This document shows, in pieces, positions 1 through 12,639 of a stretch of 64,000 nucleotides of DNA (positions are counted from its first letter, which is position 1; each line of letters starts with the position of its first letter). Below the pieces are notes generated by a model. It was not told the origin of the DNA. It saw nothing but the letters and a program-made list of their open reading frames with translations, and ran no database searches. The position numbers and the translations under genes were made by a program. This DNA comes from the human T2T-CHM13v2.0 reference genome, Homo sapiens: the NCBI RefSeq assembly GCF_009914755.1, contig NC_060931.1; one strand, given 5' to 3'.

Positions 1-884
1 CTTCTCAAATCACTTTATTTTTCACTGTGAACACAACAGCATTGCAAAGTCCCACAAGTCCTGGTTGTTCCTGTCCTGGCCCTCCATGCTGCACGCCTCC
101 CCAACACTGACCACATAAGCACAGGCTGCAGCTTCCTCTTTCCACCCTGCCAGCCTCTTCCCATGTGGGCTCCTTACTTCTGCTCCCAAGGAAATGCGTA
201 TCACTCAGGCTATCCATGTTAACCGTCTCATTGCTGGATTCAGTTCTGAGTCTCATCTGCTACTGTCAAGTTCCCTAATTGTCTAAAAAGCTCATTTCTA
301 TGTTCTAAGTCTGCATAGTATTCAGAGAGGGCAGTCTGCAGTTTCTAATCTGCAAGGACAACTGCTTCTCATCCCCCAAGCTGGTGGGAGGCACAACCTT
401 GGATGCACACTTCAGCTCTGCTTGTGATCCCCTTGAATGAAGGAGCTGAGCCTATAGGGGGAAAGCATTCGTTCACATGGCAGCAACTCAACACCAAGGA
501 CTCGCATTTATGCTCAGAAAAATGCCACGAGGTAGTGCAAAAGCTGTCTTGTGATTTAATAGGTACAGCAGAAGAAACAGTGGGCTGGAGAAAGAACGTC
601 ACATATGGCCCATGCTGACCTCCCTCTCCCCACACGGTGCTTACTGAAATGTCCCACAGTGAAATGTGAAGTGAGTTTACTGAATATTTATTTGCAACTG
701 AAGTGTCCTTGGGTATAGTAAATGGAAATTTTCTCTAGCTTTAGAATTGCTAATAAAAGCATTTTAGGATTCAGGAGCTAAGGCAGTTTCAGGAAGCTGC
801 CAGCAGGTGATAATCAGGTGCCATCCCTACAGCTGATGTGACATTTTTCTCTCACCAGATTAATTTATTGATAACTACATCTAA

Positions 885-1375
<491 letters not shown>

Positions 1376-1489
1376 CTGTACATCAGTTTTTAACTGTGGT
1401 TGCTCATAATATGGAACTTAGTAAGAAATTCAGACTTACTGAGTCAGACTGTAAGGAGGTGAAGTCTGGAACTGATATTTTGCTGAAAT

Positions 1490-1600
1490 TTCTGAAGAAA
1501 TCGAGTTCACAGAGATAAGTAATTTTGCCCCAAAGCACACAGCTAGTTACCATCAGGGTCTAGTCTAAAGTCCCAGGTGTGTCACCTCCTAGACGTATGC
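1490..1600 (-). mobile_element. MIR fragment
   Basis: gaaatcgagttcacagagataagtaattttgccccaaagcacacagctag matches the reversed MIR core. Confidence 0.65.
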
Positions 1601-2309
1601 TTCCTCCACTAGACGTTCAACCAACATGCTTGGACTCCATCTGTTCCCACGCCTCAACCCTCAGACTCTGACAGTTACTGTGTACCGAACGATCAGTGGG
1701 CTGACACCACCCCACTCTGCCCAGGGAGAACTACCGCTGTGGATGAACTTCCTTTTAAATAGTGGGGAGTTAAAATTGGTTTGTATTTTACAATCATAGA
1801 TAATGTGTTATAAATCTTAATATTTTTCACCCATGAAAAAATACTGTTTTGCTTTAAAAATACAAAGCTCACCTCAAACTTTTCTAGAGTGGAAGGCTAG
1901 ATTGCATTTTTAGAGGACCCTTGGCCTTGCTTCATGCAGTCCTCCAGGAAATAGATTTAACGTCTGTCCCTCCATGCCTCCACTTAATGCTTCCTGTAGA
2001 TATGGCCATATGTCTGTTCTAATAGCAGATATTGCAAGTGTTCGGCCACATTTAGAGTCAAAGAGAGACAAGACAAAATGGGACTTTGCACCCAAATCCC
2101 ACTATTAGCATAACTAGAAAGTTGATCCTGGAGGCCTTTGGGGTTTCTGGGCCTTGCCCCTGGTGCAGCCGGGATGCCAGCTCTTCATATGTGTGAGCTG
2201 TGCTGACTGTGTCCCTCAGACACAGTCCTTATTTTGCTCGCATTAGTCAGTTTCTGCTGCTTATAATGCAAAGCGTGTTAAATATCCAACCCTCTGACCA
2301 CACGCACAC

Positions 2310-3262
2310 AGGTCCACTTATTCACCAAGTCCTGATCATTCTACCCATTGAGTAAGTGAACCTTCTTTCCATTTTTGCTGCCATTGCCTTCAGGTCCTCT
2401 TTGTGCTCCACCTGGGCCACGGCAGTAGATGTGGAGTTGGTCCCACACCCAGGTATCTTCTTTACAGTCCACCCTGTTCCCTGCAGCAGGCACAGGCACC
2501 ATGAGCTTCCTAACCTGGGTCCCCAACTTCCTCAAGGGCTCCCCAGCCTTTGCATAGCCCGCAGGGCCCTCCCTGACATGCCCAGCCTCAGCTCTGCCAC
2601 TTCCCTTCTCTAGCACCCACTGCCCCTGCCTGCACCAGGAACCTTGCTTTGAGTAACACCACAAGCAGTTCCCACAACATGAGATGACCTTGGCCTCCTC
2701 CCAGCTTTGTACTCTTTCTTCAGCTAGAATTTTTAGGTCTTCTGGTCCACCTGCATGTTCTTACTCAAGTCGTAAGATTATAATTAGATGCTACCTCCTC
2801 CGTGTGGCCTTCTCTTCCTTTGCCAGTCAGTGGTGGAATGTTCTCTCCTTTGTCATCCACTGTGAGGCCTTTTGAACCTTGTGCTCTGCGGGTCGACTAG
2901 TGAGATGGACACCCTAACTCTGTCACCACCAAGTAATCTAGAATGTAGAGGAAGTTGTTTGATCTCTCTAGACCTCAGTTTCCCCACGTGTAAAATGGAG
3001 TAAGAATATTCCTAACTTCTTCGGGTTCACTGTGAGGACTGAACCCTAAGCACATACTTAGCACAATATAAGCACATACTGTGCAATTAAAATAAATAGT
3101 TATAGTAATTACCATGTACTACTGTATTGTTTATACCTGAAATTCTGCACTAAACTGCAGGCAACTCCTTGATAAAAGAGGCTGGATCTGTCCACATACA
3201 ACTACCCAGAGTGCACAGCCCTAGCACACACGTCCTGTCAGTAAATGTAGGTTAAATGACAG
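2310..3262 (+). mobile_element. L2 3' region interrupted by a MIR
   Basis: caccaagtcctgatcattctacc, ctcctccgtgtggccttctc and the 3' end cagtaaatgtaggttaaatga are collinear with L2. Confidence 0.65.
2910..3110 (+). mobile_element. MIR
   Basis: MIR core ctctctagacctcagtttccccacgtgtaaaatggag. Confidence 0.8.
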
Positions 3263-3741
3263 TGAAGCAAAACTTGGCTGGCTGATAGTAGGAGGCATTC
3301 AATGCACTCACCACCTTGATGAGCTCAAGTGGGATGGCCCTAAGAGGTAGGGTGTTATGTACCCACTCACTGTGGTCTCTGCCACCACTAGAGAACTTCG
3401 AGGAACACTATCTGGGAAAGATAAAGCCTAACATTTTGGCTGTCAGTGATACTGTAGAACTGCAGCCTGCAAGTGTGAATGCAGAGGTGGAGTGCATTGT
3501 GTTTTTGATGACTATAGCGAAGAATCCGGGAGAGTCAGTTCGGGGAAATGGTCACAGCGGTGGGCTCTGGGCTCCTTGGGTGCTGGGTGCCTGAGGCAAG
3601 GGGAACTGGAAAGGGCAGTGGTTGCATGACAGAGAAAGCCAGGCCGATTCACTTTCCTTTTCTGGAAATTTGAGGAGCTGCATGAACTTTGACCAGAGGC
3701 AGATGTGACCCACTGTCCTTGAAGATCCCTCCATGTGGTTG

Positions 3742-3960
3742 GTAGCATGGTTGTTAAGAGCCTGAGTCATAATGTCAAATGGCATTTCAGCTCAGCCACT
3801 TAATGGGCACTTCATGTGTGAATTCGGGACTTTTTCTTTAACATCTTTGAAACTTGGTGTCCTCATATGTAAAGTGGCATAATAATACCTATTCTGTGTT
3901 ATTGCTATATAACAAAGATTTTGTAGAGTGCCTGCTATATACAAGAAATGCAATAGCTAA
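3742..3960 (+). mobile_element. MIR
   Basis: tagcatggttgttaagagc 5' end and cctcatatgtaaagtggcataataatacct core. Confidence 0.7.
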
Positions 3961-3986
3961 TGACCATCACAATTAATATGCATTCT

Positions 3987-4240
3987 TTTTTTCTTTCTTT
4001 CTTTCTTTTTTTCTCACTGCAACCTCTACCTCCCAGGCTCAAGCAGTTCTCCTGCCCCAGCCTCCCAAGTAGCTGGGATTACAGGTGCCTGCCACCACGC
4101 CCAGCTAATTTTTTGTATTTTTAGTAAAGATGCGGTTTCACTATGTTGGCCAGGCTGGTCTCAAATTCCTGACCTCCTGATCCACCCATCTCAGCCTCCC
4201 AAAGGGCTGGGATTACAGATGTGAGCCAGTGTGCCCAGCC
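3987..4240 (-). mobile_element. AluS (Sg-like) missing ~50 nt at the 3' end of the right arm
   Basis: T-rich tail joins directly to ctcactgcaacctc; 18-bp TSD acaattaatatgcattct at 3969-3986 and 4241-4258. Confidence 0.95.
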
Positions 4241-4384
4241 ACAATTAATATGCATTCTAAGACACTTTCTGTATCTAACATATAGTCTAGATCCAGTGGG
4301 AATCTCTGAGAGGCTTGGGAGAAGAAAATAAAGATAATAACTTTCAGAGGGCAGCAGCAAAAATCACAGTCTACTACCCACTGA

Positions 4385-4472
4385 GCTGTTTGTTGAGTAC
4401 TCATTGCTTTCCAGGCACGATGCTAGGCAGGCACTTCATGTGTTAGCTCATTTATTTCCTCAACATCCGGAG
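4385..4472 (-). mobile_element. MIR 3' fragment
   Basis: ttgttgagtactc...ccaggcacgatgctagg...ctcattta...cctcaac. Confidence 0.6.
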
Positions 4473-5442
4473 GTCATGTGTCAAAGTATTTGGGCAGGCC
4501 CCTTTTCCTTGCACAAATGCTCGTGATTGGAGATACCAGATCATACATCCAGTCATACCGGACAAGCTTTTTTATTAGAGCCTCTCTGTACATTGATCAG
4601 CAATAACGGGGTTAATGATGCTCTTATTCAAAGAGTCGCAATTATGTTTCAACATTAACACCCATTAAGATGAATGACAATGCATTATAAGTAGTGTTTC
4701 AATTTGAAATTGAAATTGTATCAATTAGCCTTTAAACTAGCCTAAATAAATTCCGTTTGGTAGCTCAAAAATTATTCAAATGCCATGGTTCTGAATAAGA
4801 GGTTTTAAAAAAGTTTTTAATTCTATTCTAAAGATTCATACTAATAATCATATCTGCTTCCATAATCTCTTGTTGTAAGAGAGAGGAATAACAGGGTATA
4901 TCAGCTGCTAAATCATCACATCTGATTGTGAGTGTGTACCAATTCTGAGAATGATTATTTCTCAAAGAGGGAAACAAACAGAGGAACAAGGCCCTTCAGA
5001 TTGCTGGGAAAGAAGATGATTTTTAAATCCCCGGGAGGATTAGGGTATAGCTGTTGAACGGGTGCATAATGACCAAACACTAACCAGCCTCCTTGGCTAC
5101 CATCTTTAGTGGGTCCTCTACCCCCAGTTATCAGGTAATGGGGCCACAGCCTGAAAACCAGGTGGTATTTCCACCAGCTAATCGGCGGCATTCTCATTCT
5201 CAGTTCCTACTTGGCCCGTCCTGCCCCACCTCACTTTCCCTACTGTTTATGCACACATCTAACTCCTTTTCGAGTGTAAGCACCATCAAAGGCAACAAAC
5301 TGATCTCACTCATCTCTCTAACACCCTCCGTCTCCCAGTATCTGGTGAGCTGTACTAACAACATATTCCTATTAAAATAAATACTTGATTCTTTTAGATA
5401 ATGCACTAGCTCATTAAATTTTTCAAGTAGACACACGTTCAG

Positions 5443-5710
5443 TGCAATAAACTGAATGTTTGCATCCCCCACCAAAATTCATGGGTTGAAACCCTAATCC
5501 CAATGTGATGATATGTGGTGATGGGGCCTCTGGGAGGTGATCAAGTCATGAGGGTGGAGCCCTCATGAATGGGATTAGTGCCCTTATTTAAAAAAAAAAA
5601 AAAACACGAGACAGAGATAGAGAGCTTGCTTTCTCTCTGCTCTGCTTTCTGCCATGTGAAGATGCAACCAGAAGTTGCCAGTCTGCAACCTTGAATAGGG
5701 TCCTCATCAG
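5443..5710 (+). mobile_element. MLT1A0-like MaLR LTR, 3'-truncated
   Basis: ctgaatgtttg...caaaattcat...gtcatgagggtggagccctcatgaatgggattagtgcccttat is diagnostic of MLT1A. Confidence 0.88.
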
Positions 5711-5904
5711 GGTTTTCTATTGCTTTAGAACCAGAGATCTCTGTCCCAACATAGTGATTCCAGTTATATGACTTGAATAAATAACTTCCCATCAAAAATG
5801 AGGGTTAATTTCCTTCAAATGTCTTCCATTCCCCTCTCTCTCCAAAGGTAAGCTGCAATTGGCTCTTGCTCTAATGCTGGACTGACTGGCTGTCAGCTGC
5901 ATGC

Positions 5905-6070
5905 CTCAGTGTAAGATGCTAAGCCTCTGGAAATCTCAGGTTTATTCATAAAGCAGGGATAATGATTCTCATGTTGTCAGGGCTGCTGTGGATCTAAATG
6001 CAATATCTGACACAGGTGTGTAGCATGTAGCTGGCACTCAGGTAAGAGACCAATGCTTGATACATGAAAT
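5905..6070 (+). mobile_element. MIR
   Basis: gggataatgattctc...agggctgctgtggatctaaatg...ctggcactcaggtaagagaccaat. Confidence 0.6.
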
Positions 6071-6390
6071 ATGATGATATTTAAAATCATCCATGGAATC
6101 TGAAACATCTTTACAGCTCTATTTGTTTTGTGAGGGGAATATAGTGTTGCTTGGTTAAAGTGCAAAATGAAAACAAAGAAAAGTTACGAATGCCTCCTCA
6201 TGAGGAAAACCAACCATTGCTACCTTCTCTTCCCACTCCCTACTCCTCCATTTTAAAGTACACTACTAACTAAATAGACCGTGTGTGGAGGAATTTGGGT
6301 AGATTTTATTTGCAAAGTATTCTTACTAATGTCTTGGAACATATATGCATAAGCATCCACACTTTATCATCACATAAAACCGCCTAAGTT

Positions 6391-6521
6391 CAGGAGAATG
6401 GCGTGAACCTGGGAGGCAGAGCTTGCAGTGAGCTGAGATTTCGCCACTGCACTCCAGCAAGACTCCAGCAGAGCAAGACTCTGGTTCAAAACAAACAAAC
6501 AAACAAACAAACAACAACAAC
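6391..6521 (+). mobile_element. 5'-truncated AluY right-arm fragment with (CAAA)n tail
   Basis: AluY diagnostics ggagaatggcgtgaacc and gagcttgcagtgag; imperfect TSD aaaaccgcctaagtt (6376-6390) / aaaacggcccaagtt (6522-6536). Confidence 0.9.
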
Positions 6522-6554
6522 AAAACGGCCCAAGTTGTAGAAATTGGCAGATAA

Positions 6555-6725
6555 GAGCTCTGGACTTGTCCTCCCTTGCTTAAAAGTTGTGCAATATTTG
6601 GGGACCTCAGTTTTCTGCTTGGTAACTTGGGGCTCATAGTGATGACTTACAGATTTCCATGAGGGTGGAATGAATTGGTGTACATGAAGGCATTTTCAAA
6701 ACTGTAAAGTTCTATGCAAATGTGA
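6555..6725 (+). mobile_element. MIR-family fragment
   Basis: cctcagttttctg...actgtaaagttctatgcaaatgtg. Confidence 0.55.
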
Positions 6726-6842
6726 TAAAGTGTTACTGGTCTGACCCGGAAAAGACTCTTGGGGATTTCCCAAGCAATGCTCCTTGCCCTTGATCCATTT
6801 ATAGCCAGGAGGAAGTTATCATCTTGGGAAAAAAATTGTTAA

Positions 6843-7752
6843 TGAAGGAGTTCAGGAAATGCCACTCCCAAGTCTGCTGCTTTGGTATATTGATTATTGA
6901 GCTGAAGGCACTTGCAAAACAGCGTGAACACCCCTTATCAGTCCAAAGATAGAGTCCCCAAAGGACCTCAGTTTTCATCAATCCCCTCCCAGGGAGTTTC
7001 ATTATCCAGGGAAGATGGACTCTCATCACAGGGGAGGAAGCTAAAGTGACATCACACCCAGACAGACCTTGCCACCAACCATCATCTATTCTCTTAAGGG
7101 CCAGTTCACCTTTCTCCAAAAAATCATTACTCTCACCTATGTTGCCTACAACCCTCTCCTTTCCCCCCATGAAGAAGATATATAAGCTTCTAAATCTCAC
7201 TGGGTATATTAGTCTCTTTTCACACTGCTGACAAAGACATACCCAAGACTGGGTAATTTATAAAGAAAAAGAGGTTTAATGGACTCACAGTTCCACACAG
7301 TGGGGAGGCCTCACAATCATGGCAGAAGGTGGAAGGCATGTCTTACATGGTGGCCGACAAGAGAGAAGAATTAAAACTAAGTGAAAGGGGTTTCCCCTTA
7401 TAAAACCAACAGACCTCGTGAGACTTATTCACTACCATGAGAACAGTGTGGGGGAAACCGCCCTCAATTATCCTGACTATCCCGGTGGGAGATTCAATTA
7501 CATCCCACTGGGCCCCTCCCACAACACCTGGGAATTATGGGAGCTACAATTCAAGATGAGATTTGGGTGGGGACACAGCCAAATACCATATCACTGGATT
7601 TTGGAGTATTCACTTTTCTTTCCTGTGATGCCCCTGTGCACATAATAAATTTGTCTACTTTTTCTCCTGTTAATCTGCCTGTTGTCAGTTTATTTTAAAG
7701 ACTCAGTTGCTGAACCCTCAGAGGGTGGTGGGCATGTCTCCCCTTCTCTACG
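6843..7752 (+). mobile_element. MER34-family ERV1 solo LTR, split by THE1C
   Basis: Starts tgaaggagttcaggaaatgccac...tttggtatattgattattgagctgaaggca; TATA-like tatataag ~7179; aataaa and ctcctgttaatctgcct after the THE1; ends cccttctctacg. Confidence 0.8.
7205..7593 (-). mobile_element. THE1C-like MaLR solo LTR
   Basis: tattagtc...aaagacatacccaagactgggtaatttataaagaaaaagaggtttaatggactcacagttcc...gatttgggtggggacacagccaaataccatatca; 5-bp TSD ctggg/ctgga. Confidence 0.95.
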
Positions 7753-8394
7753 CTAACAGTGTGTGAGCCCTCTTGATGGATAATGGATAGGCTCTGACTC
7801 CTCCTCATCTACCACCTGCTGCATCCTGGCTCCCACAGCTCCGACCACCTTTGGCTCCAGCCACTGCTGGCAGCCAGCTTCCCACATGCCTTACTAACAG
7901 CACCTGCCTCTGGGCATGGATGGTCACTCTTTTTCTGCCTCAGTCCTCTTTAAATGCAGACAGCACTTGACTGAGCCAACTTGGAAGTGCAAGGGAGTTA
8001 GAGCCTCAGGAGGTGCCCAATGAGCAGCAGCAGGGTACTGGAGCCAGTGGGCATGTCTGAGGTACATTCCACTGCTGCATGGAGGACACCAGCCCAACAG
8101 AGCCCAGTGACTTTTCTCCCTCCCTGTTTTGTTCTTTTCCATTCCCTTTTCCTAATCCCTGGCATCACTTCCCACTCACCAGCCTGGCCTCTGCTTGCTG
8201 CCAGGAATCCAGGCTGGCTCTCTGAAATAGTTGGCTGTCTCCAAAGATGATTTGGCACTTCCTATCCGTGGCACTCTTGGTTCCCATGAGCTTGACAGTG
8301 CCAGGGTGCACTGGAGATCTCAAATGATTCACTAACTCAGAATCAGGGGAGACCAGCATTTGGCCAAAGAGTCTCCATCCTTGTCCCCGCATTT

Positions 8395-8580
8395 AGAGGC
8401 AGTGGTGAAGTAGAAAGAGTGGAGCTCAGGAGTTGGAAATCATAGGCTCAAATACCAGCTCCACCATCAGTAACACAGAGGAGTCACTTGGCAAATGGTG
8501 CCTAAGATTATGGGGATTAACATTATTAACTAACTTGTCATCACTCAACAAATGGCAGCTATGATGATGATGATTAATGT
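8395..8580 (+). mobile_element. MIR, internally deleted
   Basis: agaggcagtggtgaagtagaaagag...ggctcaaataccagctccacca and 3' cactcaacaaatggcagctat. Confidence 0.6.
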
Positions 8581-10232
8581 TATTAATTTGTTACTTTATG
8601 CATCCTGAGTTTGCTTTCTCCACGTGCTGATGGAGCTACTTTCTCTTGATGCACTCCTTTTCCCTTATATTTTAAAACAGTAAAAAAAAAAAAAATCAGA
8701 TTCATTTTAGCATTCTTTCCGATTTTGTCTTTTCTCCTATGTTCCCCGGAGCCTTAATTGACCCTTTATTATTCTCTTGCTCCCGTCATTTTCCATTTCC
8801 AATACAGTTCCAGGCGGGTAGCTCTAAAACTGCTGTTTGAACTTGTCTCACCATAAATACAATTTGACAAACTATTTCCAAGCAGTCAGTAATGTGAGAA
8901 GGAGGCGATCCTGGCTTCTCGTCTCATTGATTCTCGCACGTCTTTTCAACGTGAGCGGCCGAGCTGAGTGAATGGCGATAGTATTTTGTTTAGATTTCAG
9001 ACAATAAAAACTGTGATCATCAACCTTGGGACCCATTTTCAGACTTGACCCTTCCCTTTGCCGATAGACAAAAAGGTCACAGCCATTTCAAGAAGGATGG
9101 GGCGGGCACAGGACAAAGAACCCTGGAACCCATGCCGAATTTGTACAGCTTCCTGCAGGACCACAGAGCTAAGGAGACTCAAAGAGCAGAAATTTGACAA
9201 TCACATGCAATGCGGGAGGGCACACCATCCAGGGAAAGAGATGCCCGCGTAGAGCAGGCACGTTACTTAACACTTGCTTAACATTTTCAGGATACACAGA
9301 TAATTCCTTCACAAATATAGAAAACTTATGAATACTGCCTTTCCGTCAGTCTTTCTGTAGCTCGTGAGTGATAATGGTCCATTAGCTGTGTTTGAAGAAG
9401 CAAAGCTATTTTTATATACTGGAGTAGAAAACGGTTTTTTAAATATCTGTATGTGACCTGTTTTATCAGCTTGGAGTACAGATGAAAGCATGCTTTTTTT
9501 CCTTGTTAATTGATTGAGCCCCCAGCATCTCTTATTAGCAAGGCCTGCATTTACCTGCTTAGGCTCACCTGGTCCAAGGGGTCAGTCTCGTTTCCAGGCT
9601 GCAGCAGAGAAGAAGGGAATGGGATACCTGGTGGGTCCACCGTACCTTCCACTCACTTGCTGCTGGGTGGTTCTGTCAGCCTAAAGAACCCACTTGGCAG
9701 TAATTCTGGGCTGGTCCAGGCACCAACACGTGCCACGTTGGTGCTTGTACCTGGACCCTATGATCAGGATGTGCTCTTGGCTCACACACCATGTGCGCTC
9801 TCCACTCCCAAAGTGGCTCACCTTCAGCTCTCATCATGGGGCAGCCAGCTAAGCAGCTGACCTTTGTGTGCCAGGTGGCAGCTGGGTCCCTGACCTCCTG
9901 CTGAATCAGCTCCTTTGAAACAGCAAAGCTAAGTTAAAACCCCAGCTAGAGGGATGTGAGGGTCTCAGCCTTCCCACCCACATGGCTTGGGCTCCTTTCC
10001 TAAGTTGCTCTAGTGCTCCTCATCCCTAATGGAAGAGGCTGTGTTTAGAGGCAAATGAAAAGTCTCACTCTATCCTTCTGCATTGTAAGATGTTTTGCTT
10101 AAATGACACCTTATTTAACAAAGAAGATCCTTTCCAAGGTGACTATCTGCCTCTGCCATACAAAGCTGTGGTGAATATAAATAAAACAAACAACAAAAAA
10201 ACAGATATTGTTGAAATGCTAGTACTGCATTA

Positions 10233-10778
10233 TAATAGCCCCTTCTTGTCCGCTGAGGATACCTGAAGACCCCCAGTGGATGCCTGAAACCACAGATTGT
10301 ACCAAACCCTATCTATACTATTCTTCCCAAACAAAAATACCTATCATAAAGTTCAATTTATAAATTAGGCACAGTAAGAGATTAGTAACAATAACAGATA
10401 CTAAAATAGAACAATTATAACAACATGCCAGCATCACCACTCTTGAGCTTTGAGGCTGTCATTAGGTAAAATAAGGGTGACCTGACACAGGCACTGTGAT
10501 GATGTGACAGTTGATCTGATCACCGAGACAACTTCTAAGTGACTCATGGTGGGTAGCTGAGACAGTGCGGATACACTGGACACAGGGATGATTCTTGTCC
10601 CGGGTGGGATGGAGTGGGATGGCAAGAGATTTCATTCCACTACTTAGAATGTCACACAATTTAAAACATATGAATTGTTTATTTCTGGAGTTGTCTATTT
10701 AATATTTTCAGACTGCAGTTGACCATAGGTAACTAAATTGAAGAAAGCAAAACTACATATAACAGTGAGAGACTACGA
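10233..10778 (-). mobile_element. MER44B (Tigger7-derived TcMar non-autonomous DNA element)
   Basis: gacccccagtggatgcctgaaacc, ataaattaggcacagtaagagatt, tatgaattgtttatttctgga; degenerate TIRs with TA flanks at 10231 and 10779. Confidence 0.9.
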
Positions 10779-10849
10779 TATATGTCAGAGAAAAATAAAC
10801 TCTGCTAAGAAGCATATTGGCTTCCCCAGCCCCTTCCACGTCCAGTCAC

Positions 10850-11060
10850 TTCTAGCTCCACAACTCATACTTGTCCTGTGATATTCGGGATGTTGTTCTA
10901 GTTAGATTCTCAGGAATTATAATCTGGGTTGAAGCCGTGGCTCCTTACCTGTTCTTCACTCACTGATTCTCTAACCGTCCTTCACACACTGCCAGGTCTG
11001 TCTTCCTAAAGTACAGTCCCAGCCCTTACTCTACCACTCAGAATGGTAACTTTCCCATTG
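10850..11060 (+). mobile_element. L2 fragment
   Basis: ccgtccttcacacactgccaggtctgtcttcctaaagtacag...ccactcagaa. Confidence 0.5.
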
Positions 11061-11939
11061 GCAATTGGCAAATTAACCTAGCAATTCATTCAATTCTCTC
11101 TATATTTTGACCTGAAGCAAGAAATTTTGATATGAACATTATGTGATAGCCAATGGGCATAATATGTTTTAATGTAGTCTTGGGGGGTGGGGAGAACCCT
11201 AAATAGTATTATTTTCATTTACTGAATGAAAGTCACCCATAAAATCAGGTTGAAAGTTGGGGTACTAGACAGGACTGGGATATGGCTCAGTGTTGGAGTG
11301 GAGGTCAGACAATAAGGTAAGATGCTGAGATGGGAAAGAGGTTAGGGGGAGAGCCATAAAATGGGAATGAATGACCAAATATTCCCTTTGTCAAAGCTGC
11401 CATATCAATATGGCGATTGGAATGACTATACCTCTCAGAGGGTAACCCCCAATCTCAGAAACTAGGATACCACTGGAGTATCCTGAGCCTCAGTCCTGGA
11501 GCCAAATTGCTTTGTTTGCCTTTAGAGAGTTAGTATTTTTTCATGCTACTGCATCCTCCAGGAAAGACCTCCCTATTTTCCCTATAGCCATCAAAATCCT
11601 TTCCATCCTTCCAATGCCTACTCAGATTCTAGATCCCAGGAAAAGTTTGCACATTGATTTTTTTTAACCGGATTTCATATAATCCTGCCCTAAATATCAG
11701 TGTTTTAAAAGGTATTTAACTCAAAAAAACAAATTTTGGGGCACTTTACAGCAAAGACTGCATCTTATTTGTCTCTTTTATTTAGCCTTCTCAGGGTATC
11801 AGAAAAGGAACTTGCCTGCAGTAGCTATTAAAAAGTCGTGGCAGGGTTGGTGATCATTTCTTGTGCATGAATATTTCCAAAGCTTTGGCAGTAGGGATTG
11901 GAGCAGCGAGGCATTGCACACCAAATCAGTCACCCAACA

Positions 11940-12617
11940 GCACAGATCAAAAAGGCAGACAAATGTTGGCGAGCGTGTACAGAAGGTGGAAGCCTCATAC
12001 ACTGCTAGTGGTGCAGCCACTCTGGGAAAAAGTCTGCCATCAGTCCCTTAAATGATTGAGCATAAAGTTACCATGTGACCCCGCAATTTCACTTTGAGGT
12101 ATAGAGGCAAGAGAAATGAAAACTTATGTTCTGCAAAACCTGGTACATGAATATTTACAGCAGTAGTATTCATAATGGCAAAAAGATGGAAACAACCCAA
12201 ATGTCCATCAGCTGGTGAACGGATAAACAAAATGTAGTGGGTCCATGCAATGGAATATTATTTGACAATGAAAGGAATGGAGTACTGACACATGCTACCA
12301 CATGAGTGAACCTCAGAAACATCACGCCAAGTGAGAGAAGCCAGTCACAAGCCACAGAGTATATGATTCTACTTATATAAAATGTGCAGAACATGTAGCT
12401 CCATAGAGACACAAGGTAATTTATTGATTACCTGGGGAGGAGACCAGCTTGCGGTAAGATATAGGGAATGATTACTAGTCTCTACAAATAATGAATGAAA
12501 GTATTCTAAACTTACATTATAGTGATTATTACAGAGCTCTGTGAATATATTTTAAAACACTGAATTGTACAATTTAAGTGAGTAAAACTTCATGGCATAA
12601 AATTATATTTCAATAAC
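11940..12617 (+). mobile_element. Old L1 (L1MB7/8-like) ORF2 end and 3' UTR
   Basis: gttaccatgtgaccccgcaatttcact, ggaaacaacccaaatgtccatc, gagagaagccagtcaca, aattatatttcaataa. Confidence 0.88.
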
Positions 12618-12639
12618 ACTACAACACATTGAAGTATGT

